A stretch of 64,000 nucleotides of DNA from Bacilli bacterium (GTDB taxonomy: Bacteria > Bacillota_I > Bacilli_A > RF39 > UBA660). Below, piece by piece: positions 9,696-17,310 of the stretch. The notes under the pieces are model-generated. The model was not told the DNA's origin and did not search any database. It was given only the letters and a program-made list of their open reading frames with translations. Each line of letters begins with the position of its first letter. Positions within the stretch are counted from its first letter, which is position 1. The DNA lies in contig JBJEEA010000005.1 of assembly GCA_051872635.1 (NCBI GenBank), forward strand, positions 77-64,076, read 5' to 3'. Made by a program: the position numbers and the translations under genes.

Positions 9696-11048
9696 ATGGA
9701 AGCCGAATTTACTCAGGTCGATTTTGGCCCTCTAAAAGCCTTTTTAGATAATGATGATGTCACCGATATATCATATAGCAATGGTGGACAAGTCTGGTTA
9801 AAGACATTGTCTCAAGGCGTATACAGAGTAGAAAATACCGGTATTGATAATGCCCTAATGGAAAAAATAGCTTTTCAGTGTGCCAATTCAATGGGAAAAT
9901 CTTTCAATATGGCTAATCCCTTCCTAGATGCCGAATCAGCAGAACTTCGTATGAATTTTGTTCATGACTCTATTGCTAAAAATGGAATAGCAGTCCTTAT
10001 AAGAAAAACACCGGCTAAAATAAGATTACAAAAAGATAAAATAATTGCCGAAGATTATATTAGATTAAATATTCATGACTTTCTCTTAAAATGTGTTGAA
10101 GGACACTGTAATATTATTGTCAGTGGAGAAACTGGTTCAGGTAAAACAGAGTTCATAAAATATTTAGCAGCTCATACCAAAGAAAATGAAAAACTAATAA
10201 CCATTGAAGACACACTAGAATTACACCTTGATAAAATATTTCCTCATCGTGATATCGTTGCTATGAAAACCAATAACATTGCTTCGTATTCTGATGTTTT
10301 GGTAACTTGTATGCGACAAAATCCTAGATGGATATTACTTTCCGAAGTAAGAAGTGCCGAAGCCGTAATGGCTGTTCGAAATTCTATTTCATCAGGTCAT
10401 AATATTTTATCAACAATACACGCTGATAAAGCTGAATCAATTCCAAACAGAATGTATAGCCTACTTGAAACTAATCAAGATATAGGTCAGTTTCTAACTA
10501 CTATCCATAGATATGTTCAACTAGGAGTTCATATTAAAGCTTACTATAGTCAAAAATATAAAAGATTCCATAGAGAAGTAGCTGAAGTTGTGGAATTCTA
10601 CGTAACAGAAGATAATAAAGCCGAGTACAAAATATTATATAAGAAAACACCAGATGGTAAAGAAACAGTAGCTAATCCTTCTAAATACTTACTTAGTTAT
10701 CTAGAAAGTCAAGGCGTGATAATGCCAAAAGATATTTTAGTAAAAGAAGAATTTACTGATGCTAGTAGCATATCTTTAGAAGAAAGTAAAATAGATGAAA
10801 ATTCTTTTGTTATAGATAACAGTACTATAACTCAAAATATTCCAAATAACTATAGTACAAATAATACCATGAATAATAATATTCCAAATAATTATGCTTC
10901 AAGTAATATTGAGGAGAATCAAGCTCCAATTAATGTAGGAGCAAATATGTCTGTAAATGGTCTAAATAGCAACAATATTCCAAATCCATATGCTAGTGCA
11001 GTAATTCCAAATGCTGTTAATATTACTAGTATAAATAATAATGTCTAA
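9696..11048 (+). CDS. cpaF: CpaF/TadA-type secretion ATPase (VirB11/PulE superfamily) with an Asn-rich C-terminal extension
   Basis: Walker A SGETGSGKT, ITIEDTLEL, RQNPRWILLSEVR, His box LSTIHA. Followed by two T2SS-F-like polytopic proteins. Confidence 0.85.
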   Translation: MEAEFTQVDFGPLKAFLDNDDVTDISYSNGGQVWLKTLSQGVYRVENTGIDNALMEKIAFQCANSMGKSFNMANPFLDAESAELRMNFVHDSIAKNGIAVLIRKTPAKIRLQKDKIIAEDYIRLNIHDFLLKCVEGHCNIIVSGETGSGKTEFIKYLAAHTKENEKLITIEDTLELHLDKIFPHRDIVAMKTNNIASYSDVLVTCMRQNPRWILLSEVRSAEAVMAVRNSISSGHNILSTIHADKAESIPNRMYSLLETNQDIGQFLTTIHRYVQLGVHIKAYYSQKYKRFHREVAEVVEFYVTEDNKAEYKILYKKTPDGKETVANPSKYLLSYLESQGVIMPKDILVKEEFTDASSISLEESKIDENSFVIDNSTITQNIPNNYSTNNTMNNNIPNNYASSNIEENQAPINVGANMSVNGLNSNNIPNPYASAVIPNAVNITSINNNV

Positions 11049-11057
11049 ATAAGGTAG

Positions 11058-11960
11058 GTGATAAAATTGGAAATACTTATAATAGGTCTAATAATAATAT
11101 TTATTGTTTCATATAGAACTAAAAGAGGAGAGTCTATATATAAATTTATCTCTACTGAAGCAATAAATACCTATAAAAAAATAGAGCCTTACTCTTTTAA
11201 AGTAATGCGTGAAAAAGTAAAAGAATTAGGCCTTGAATATACTACAAGACAATACTTATTTCAAATAATTGCTTTTGCTGGGTTAGCCGGTGTTATAAGT
11301 TATTTATACTTTTACAATTTATTTATATCTGCTATATACATAATAGTAGCAGTATCATTTATTCCATATATAACCTACCTAAGATGTAAAAGACAGTATA
11401 GTGAATATATCTTCGAACAAGTTCAAGTATACTGTACTAATACCATTATGGAGTTTGCTACTACTCAAGCTTTTGTCAAATCATTAGAGGGAGTAGCAGA
11501 GTCAGGAGTACTAGAAGAACCACTTCTATCAGATGTTAAGACAATGATAGCCTTATCTTATGAAAAAGGCGATGTCTACGACTCTATTAAGTACATGGAT
11601 ACCAAATATCCTTATTATATGGTAAAAAATATGCACCAATTATTTTTACAAGTAACAAAGGAAGGTGCCAAAGATACTAGTGAGACATTTGAAAATATGC
11701 TATCAGATATAGATATTCTAGTAGAAGGTGTATATAGAGATAGAACAGATAGAGCAACCTTCCATAAACAGTTTTTAACTTTTGGTATAGCATTATATGG
11801 AATGGTAGCCTTAATTCAACTACTGATAGGTAAAGAAACTTATATATCTATGATTGATAATATCTTTATTAGAATAATAGTTCATGCTATCGTTATTATA
11901 AATAGTTGGTTTCTCCTTTCTGGAGAAAAATATTACAACGAGAATGTAGGTGCTGAATAA
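11058..11960 (+). CDS. TadB-like platform protein (T2SS-F-like topology)
   Basis: 300 aa. N-terminal TM, TM pair at ~aa 65-105, ~130-aa cytoplasmic domain, C-terminal TMs. Position right after the ATPase. Start could be TTG at 11067. Confidence 0.55.
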   Translation: MIKLEILIIGLIIIFIVSYRTKRGESIYKFISTEAINTYKKIEPYSFKVMREKVKELGLEYTTRQYLFQIIAFAGLAGVISYLYFYNLFISAIYIIVAVSFIPYITYLRCKRQYSEYIFEQVQVYCTNTIMEFATTQAFVKSLEGVAESGVLEEPLLSDVKTMIALSYEKGDVYDSIKYMDTKYPYYMVKNMHQLFLQVTKEGAKDTSETFENMLSDIDILVEGVYRDRTDRATFHKQFLTFGIALYGMVALIQLLIGKETYISMIDNIFIRIIVHAIVIINSWFLLSGEKYYNENVGAE

Positions 11961-12754
11961 TGATTGAAATGTTAATAGTAGCTATCATAGTAATATACAT
12001 TTTTGTTGTAAATGGAAAAATAGATAAAGATAATATTTTTACTAATAACAACAAATTATGTAATTTATTAAAAGAAAAAGATTACGATTTTCTTCTAATA
12101 GCACGATATGGTGATAAAGTTTATAATCCTAATGAAGTATTCATGAAAAGAATAAAAAATGGTATACTAGTAGCAGCAGCGCTTATCTTCTTATTTCTAT
12201 CACAAATGAGCTATATAACTGTAATAGCAGCATTAGTAGTAGGATATTTTGTGTCAAAAATTCAATATATAAGTTTAAAATTATGGTATAAAAGACATCT
12301 TAATTATATTGAATCATTATTACCATATTATTTAAAAAGTTTAGAAGTACTAGTTCATCATTATACAGTACCAGTAGCATTAGCTAAAAGTATCGACGAT
12401 GCTCCTGAAGTATTCAAACCAGGACTAAAAAGATTAATAGACAAAATAGAAGCAGGTGACTCATCAATTGATCCATATATGGATTTTGCTAATGAATATC
12501 CAGTTAGAGATTCAATGCGTATGATGAGATTATTATATAGATTAGGACTTGGAGAACAAGAAAAAAAGCACCAACAGTTAGTTTCCTTCTCTAAGTCAGT
12601 ATCTTCTCTTCAAGCAAAAGCCAGAGAACAAAAATATCAGGCCAGACTTGATACTATGGAGAGAAAGACCATGATTATGATGTGTGTAACCGGATTTGGT
12701 TCACTCGGATTACTATTGATTTCAATATTTATGTTAATGGGAACAGCAATGTAA
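11960..12754 (+). CDS. TadC-like platform protein (T2SS-F-like topology)
   Basis: Start overlaps the previous stop (TAATG). 264 aa with the same TM / cytoplasmic domain / TM layout as the preceding gene. Confidence 0.55.
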   Translation: MIEMLIVAIIVIYIFVVNGKIDKDNIFTNNNKLCNLLKEKDYDFLLIARYGDKVYNPNEVFMKRIKNGILVAAALIFLFLSQMSYITVIAALVVGYFVSKIQYISLKLWYKRHLNYIESLLPYYLKSLEVLVHHYTVPVALAKSIDDAPEVFKPGLKRLIDKIEAGDSSIDPYMDFANEYPVRDSMRMMRLLYRLGLGEQEKKHQQLVSFSKSVSSLQAKAREQKYQARLDTMERKTMIMMCVTGFGSLGLLLISIFMLMGTAM

Positions 12755-12813
12755 ATATTTGAAATATATAAGAAAAGAATAAAAAAAACATATATGAAAG
12801 AAGGTGAGAAATA

Positions 12814-13035
12814 ATGAAAGAAGCAACAGGTGAAGTATCAATGACAGTAATTGTAATCCTTGCAATAGCAGTAATTGGTGGAATAGTAGTAGCACTTGGA
12901 CCGACTCTGAAAGACACAATAATGACAAGATGGGGAAATTCAGATGCAGCAGCATGTAGCTCAGGTGGTGGTACATGGAACGAAACTGATTCTAAAACGG
13001 GCGAAGGATATTGTTCAATGCCAAAAAATAATTAA
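12814..13035 (+). CDS. Flp-like (type IVc) prepilin candidate, 73 aa
   Basis: RBS AAGGTGAG. Short charged leader MKEATG, then a ~25-aa hydrophobic helix VSMTVIVILAIAVIGGIVVALG. Small C-terminal part with 2 Cys. Deviates from the classical G/xxxxEY motif. Confidence 0.45.
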   Translation: MKEATGEVSMTVIVILAIAVIGGIVVALGPTLKDTIMTRWGNSDAAACSSGGGTWNETDSKTGEGYCSMPKNN

Positions 13036-13056
13036 TTAGAGAGTAGGTGATTAATA

Positions 13057-13497
13057 ATGCGAGAAGCCTTTGGTGGAACATTTATGATAAAATTAATGTT
13101 AATCTTTATAGCCATATATATAGCCTTCATAGCGGTAGCTCTAAATTATGCTAAGGCATTTAGAGTAAAGAATGGTATTATTGATATCATTGAGCAAAAT
13201 GAAGGAATAGATGACTATACTGATACTAGTGGTACATTAGGTGAAATAAATGAATATCTAAATAAAGTAAGTTATTATGTATCATTAGATAAAATAGATT
13301 CTTTAAATACAGATGGCAATTATTGTTCTGCAAGAGGCTATTGTATTAAAAGGATAGATGCAACATCGAAAGTAGATAATATTAATAGTTCATATTATAA
13401 AGTAACAACTTATATAAACATTAATTTTCCATTCTTTGGATTAAATTTTAGAATTCCAATAACTGGAGAAACACGTAAAATAGAAAGGATAAGTTAA
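13057..13497 (+). CDS. TadE-like minor (pseudo)pilin candidate
   Basis: Leader MREAFG resembles that of the preceding gene. Followed by the hydrophobic helix FMIKLMLIFIAIYIAFIAVAL and a ~100-aa globular part. Confidence 0.4.
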   Translation: MREAFGGTFMIKLMLIFIAIYIAFIAVALNYAKAFRVKNGIIDIIEQNEGIDDYTDTSGTLGEINEYLNKVSYYVSLDKIDSLNTDGNYCSARGYCIKRIDATSKVDNINSSYYKVTTYININFPFFGLNFRIPITGETRKIERIS

Positions 13498-13498
13498 C

Positions 13499-14521
13499 AT
13501 GGATACTGTAATAGCAAACAAATATAATGACATATTAAGCTCTTTAGATATTGAAGTATCAAAGAAACTAGAAGGAGAGTACGATGTTGAAGAGATAATT
13601 TCAACTTTTGGTAATTACTTTTTCAATAAAATGTTTTTAGATATTACCGCTATTAAAGATTATAAAGATTTTACCAATCTTAAAAAATTATCTATGAGTA
13701 TAAATATGGATAAAGTAATATTACTTTTAGATAAAGATGATGCTATTAGTGATTCTAATGTCTTTTTATCAAAGCTTGTCGATATGGGAATATATAATTT
13801 TACTAAAGATGAAAATAGTCTTATGTATTTATATAATAATCCTAATATTTATCGTGATGTTGCTTATCTTCAAAATAGTACTCCTAGTGAAGAAGAAACT
13901 CCTAATGTAGCACCATTAGAAGTATCTAATAAGAAAATTATTGGAATAAAAAATATAACTGACTCTGCCGGATCCACTACTTTTACTTATTTATTAAAAA
14001 AAGTATTAAGCGATTACTATAGTGTCATGGCTCTTGAAATAGATAAAAGAGAGTTAACTTATTTCAAAGATAAAGACTGTCTTACAATTAAAGAAGATAA
14101 TATTGATGATACTATAAATAAATATAATGGTGTAGATATATTTTTAATAGATTTAGGTAATTCAAAAAAAGAACATTTATGTGATGATGTTATATATTTA
14201 ATTGAACCTAGTACTATTAAATTAAATAAATTAGTCTTAGTAAATCCAGGTATATTTAAAGAATTAGAAGGTAAAAAAGTTATTTTAAATAAGAGTTTAT
14301 TAAGTGAAAATGATATAGCTAACTTTGAAGTAGAATCAGGTATAAGAATATTTTATAATATGCCTCCTATTAACGATAAAGAAGATAAGGATATAAATGA
14401 TAAAATACTTCCTCTATTAGCAAAACTTGGCTATGTAAAAGAGTCTCCAGAAGAAGAAATACCTACCAAAAAATCAATATTTGACTTTTTAAAAAAAATA
14501 AACAATGAAAAAGGCAAATAA
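13499..14521 (+). CDS. TadZ/CpaE-like protein (N-terminal receiver-like region plus degenerate MinD/ParA-like domain)
   Basis: C-terminal half IIGIKNITDSAGSTTFTYLL...ALEIDK...IFLIDLGNS looks like a MinD/ParA fold with a deviant P-loop lacking Lys, as reported for TadZ. Assigned from position and layout only. Confidence 0.35.
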   Translation: MDTVIANKYNDILSSLDIEVSKKLEGEYDVEEIISTFGNYFFNKMFLDITAIKDYKDFTNLKKLSMSINMDKVILLLDKDDAISDSNVFLSKLVDMGIYNFTKDENSLMYLYNNPNIYRDVAYLQNSTPSEEETPNVAPLEVSNKKIIGIKNITDSAGSTTFTYLLKKVLSDYYSVMALEIDKRELTYFKDKDCLTIKEDNIDDTINKYNGVDIFLIDLGNSKKEHLCDDVIYLIEPSTIKLNKLVLVNPGIFKELEGKKVILNKSLLSENDIANFEVESGIRIFYNMPPINDKEDKDINDKILPLLAKLGYVKESPEEEIPTKKSIFDFLKKINNEKGK

Positions 14522-14526
14522 AATAA

Positions 14527-14555
14527 TTGACTTTTGTGAATTTTTAGTGTAATAT
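14527..14555 (+). promoter_or_regulatory. Candidate sigma-A promoter for the VirB2-like gene
   Basis: TTGACT, 17-nt spacer, TAATAT; ~30 nt upstream of the RBS GAGGAGG. Confidence 0.45.
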
Positions 14556-14583
14556 ATAAGTATAATTTGAGGAGGAATAAAAT

Positions 14584-14913
14584 ATGTATTTTTTAGATGG
14601 ATGTCCTGCTGGGTTGGAACCAATTTTAGGAATTGTTAATTATGTTATAAATGCTATTATGATAGGAGTTCCAATATTATTAATAATATTTGGTATGATT
14701 GATATAGGTAAAGCTGTTATTTCAAGTAAAGATGATGAAGTAAAAAAAGCTACTAAAGCATTTGGAAGAAGATTCCTTGCTGCCGTTGGAGTATTCGCAA
14801 TAGTATGGCTTGTAACATTTGTATTTACTACAATAGCATCTGCTACAAATGATGCCGTTAATCCAGATGAAGCAAATTGGCAATCATGTTGGGCACAAAT
14901 AAGAAAATCGTAA
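14584..14913 (+). CDS. VirB2/TrbC-like pilin-type conjugal transfer protein (109 aa, two TM helices)
   Basis: Two hydrophobic helices joined by a charged loop (VPILLIIFGMIDIGKAVISSKDDEVKKATKAFGRRFLAAVGVFAIVW). Same motif recurs at the C-terminus of the 15451 ORF. Confidence 0.5.
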   Translation: MYFLDGCPAGLEPILGIVNYVINAIMIGVPILLIIFGMIDIGKAVISSKDDEVKKATKAFGRRFLAAVGVFAIVWLVTFVFTTIASATNDAVNPDEANWQSCWAQIRKS

Positions 14914-14918
14914 TCTAA

Positions 14919-14953
14919 AAAATTCAGTTAAAAAACATGACTGAATTTTTTTA
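14919..14953 (+). terminator. Rho-independent terminator after the VirB2-like gene
   Basis: AATTCAGT / ACTGAATT stem followed by TTTTTTT. Confidence 0.65.
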
Positions 14954-15350
14954 TAGTAGGATTAGACAAAAATATAAATTAATAAAAAATAATTCTTTTA
15001 TATATTTTGAAGTGTATAAAAGCCAAATCAAAATAGTGGAAGAGTATTTTATTGTGTCTAAGAGGAGTCGGATAAGCATATAGCCTATTAAGTCATGAAA
15101 CAAAAGAAAATTTTTCTATTACAAAATAAACAAAACAATAGTTGAAAAAAATAGTTTGTTAAATACCCCGTTAAATACATTATATAGTAATATAGATATA
15201 TTTTTGAAAGCCTTTTCAAATAAAATAAATAACAAATATAATAGTATTTTAAAATATTTAGAATAAAACAAAAAATTTCTCAAATTATTTTCTAAAATTG
15301 AAGAAAGTAACTTAAGACAAATGAGCAAAACTACCAAAAAAAAATAAAAT

Positions 15351-15392
15351 TGAAAAAGGAATCATTTTTATTCAAAAAATGATTCCTTTTTT
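15351..15392. terminator. Strong hairpin, possibly a bidirectional terminator, with no upstream ORF
   Basis: AAAAGGAATCATTTT / AAAATGATTCCTTTT perfect stem flanked by an A-run and a T-run. Nothing convincing is encoded between 14954 and 15350. Confidence 0.5.
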
Positions 15393-15402
15393 CTTACTAG
15401 TA

Positions 15403-15411
15403 TGTTATAAT
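15403..15411 (+). promoter_or_regulatory. Extended -10 element (TGtTATAAT) upstream of the T4SS module
   Basis: TGTTATAAT read directly, ~40 nt upstream of the ATG at 15451. No good -35. Confidence 0.35.
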
Positions 15412-15450
15412 TTAAATGTGATAGATTAACTTCCAAGGAGTAGATTATAT

Positions 15451-17286
15451 ATGAAAAAAAATAAAAAGCAAATATTATTGACAATTATAGTATTATCAAT
15501 ATCAACAATATTATTTACAAGTAGAGTAGATGCAGTAGTCATGTGGATGCAGTGTGTTCCCAGTCCTGAAGATGAAATGGATTGTGGAGGAGATTGCGAT
15601 GATTATGGATTATATAACACTTTTGCATTGATACATTATGCGAGCGATGGCGTAAGAAATTTGGCATATAATCCAAACAATTTTTATAGTGGCCAATATC
15701 CAGTTTATATTATGGCAGAAAAAACTAATGGTAAACTTGTGGGTAATAGTTGTTGGTATGAAGAATATTTTGATGATATAGAGGAATGTGAAGATGAAAA
15801 AGAAAAAATGGTTCCTATTTCAAAGATGCTTGAAGGTGTTTGCCCAACAGGAGTGAGAAAAAATGATCACTACACTGCTGGTTTTATGAATGCTATTGGA
15901 GCTGGTTGGATATATAAAAAAGTAGTAAAAGATTTTATTGTAGTGTATGGTACTACTCCTGCTTATGAACGCGAAGTTTTAAATGAAAATATTTTTGTTA
16001 TTTATGGTTTTCAAAAAAATAACGAAAAAGCAACTGACTATATAATTGAGGGATATAATTCTTCAGGCGAATATGGTTATGCAACAACATGGGAAGATGA
16101 AGAATCATTTAAGGATAATTTAAATTTGAAAGAAAATGATTCAGATTATGATTTAATAAACGAAGAAGAATATGCTACTAATCATATGACTTGGGCAGGT
16201 ATGACACAAGCACGTAGAGTAGCCAATTTAGGTAGAAATTATTTTAAATTATTGGATACTGAGGACGCTTGGCTGATTAATACACAAGAAGATTCCAAAT
16301 TCGTAAAGAAAGAATATGATGATAATAACAATTTAACAATATATCGCAGTGATGATAGCAATAAGAACTTTTATAGTTGGGTTTCTTCTTGGTATGAAAA
16401 ATATGACGAGGTACTATCTAGCCAAATAAAAATAATAAAAGATTTAAAAGAAAAATCAAAATATGTAAAAGCACTAGAGGTAGCTAAAGAGATAAGTAAT
16501 GCTGTTGATGAAGGAAAAGAATATCGATTTGATGAAGATTATGCTTCTGAAATGGTCCTTGTTATGGAAGAGGCTTATGATTTGTTAGTTCCTATTTTAG
16601 GTGATAATGATCCTATATATGATTCTTATGGAGAAGATTGCAAGGTAACTGGGAAAAAGGTCAATGATCCATCGGCGTCAATACTAACACAGTTTAATTG
16701 TGAAACATTTGGAAAGTCTTCAATAAGTAAACTTCCAAATAAAGTAAATGATGGAATGCTAAATTCAATGATTTCTTCAGCACTAAGTAATGCTGTTAAT
16801 GAGTATAATAATTCTAGTGTTTCAATTGATAAAATACGTAGTACCGCTGAAGAATATGCTAAATATTATGCTATTGCTATTAAATATATTAAAAAATATA
16901 ATTTGGCTACTGGTGATGCAGCAGCGATTATTGATGATCTTACTGACAATTATAATGAAATGACAAGAAGCTTTGGCGTTGAAACAATCGTTAGTTGTGA
17001 TGACTTATTTAGTGATGACCTAAGAAACAAAATAGGTAGTTATCTTAATATAGTTAAAATAGCAGTACCGATAATATTAATTGGTTTTGGAATAATTGAT
17101 TTTACAAAAGCAATTTTTGCCGGAGATGAAGAAAAAATGAAAAAGGCTCAAAAAGATTTTATTATGAGACTAGGAATTGCAATGTTGTTTTTCTTAGTTC
17201 CAACTATAGTAGATCTTTTGCTAAGATTAGCTAATAAGGTTTGGTATTTTATTGAGCCTGGATCTTGTGGTATATTTGATGCATAG
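15451..17286 (+). CDS. Secreted Cys-rich 611-aa protein with a C-terminal VirB2/TrbC-like two-helix domain
   Basis: RBS AAGGAG. Signal peptide ending RVDAV. ~10 Cys. Last ~80 aa (VPIILIGFGIIDFTKAIFAGDEEKMKKAQKDFIMRLGIAMLFFLVP) align with the 109-aa ORF at 14584. Confidence 0.6.
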   Translation: MKKNKKQILLTIIVLSISTILFTSRVDAVVMWMQCVPSPEDEMDCGGDCDDYGLYNTFALIHYASDGVRNLAYNPNNFYSGQYPVYIMAEKTNGKLVGNSCWYEEYFDDIEECEDEKEKMVPISKMLEGVCPTGVRKNDHYTAGFMNAIGAGWIYKKVVKDFIVVYGTTPAYEREVLNENIFVIYGFQKNNEKATDYIIEGYNSSGEYGYATTWEDEESFKDNLNLKENDSDYDLINEEEYATNHMTWAGMTQARRVANLGRNYFKLLDTEDAWLINTQEDSKFVKKEYDDNNNLTIYRSDDSNKNFYSWVSSWYEKYDEVLSSQIKIIKDLKEKSKYVKALEVAKEISNAVDEGKEYRFDEDYASEMVLVMEEAYDLLVPILGDNDPIYDSYGEDCKVTGKKVNDPSASILTQFNCETFGKSSISKLPNKVNDGMLNSMISSALSNAVNEYNNSSVSIDKIRSTAEEYAKYYAIAIKYIKKYNLATGDAAAIIDDLTDNYNEMTRSFGVETIVSCDDLFSDDLRNKIGSYLNIVKIAVPIILIGFGIIDFTKAIFAGDEEKMKKAQKDFIMRLGIAMLFFLVPTIVDLLLRLANKVWYFIEPGSCGIFDA

Positions 17287-17310
17287 AAACTTTAATTAAG
17301 GAGGTATATT

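Noticed and set aside
12729-12976. Two minus-strand ORFs (62 and 80 aa) across the tadC end and the Flp-like gene
   Set aside because: They are antisense to well-supported plus-strand genes, are low-complexity Leu/Ser/Phe-rich and have no RBS. The same reasoning applies to the other short antisense track ORFs, including 3578-3760, 3966-4217, 4817-5027, 9401-9604, 17830-18075, 18291-18569, 22866-23165, 26055-26276, 27844-28101, 28438-28770, 33714-34013 and 57966-58319.
15119-15337. 72-aa minus-strand ORF in the inter-module gap
   Set aside because: It has an extremely biased Leu/Phe/Ile/Asn composition, no RBS and a non-ATG start. This is what AT-rich non-coding DNA produces. The gap is treated as non-coding in the findings.
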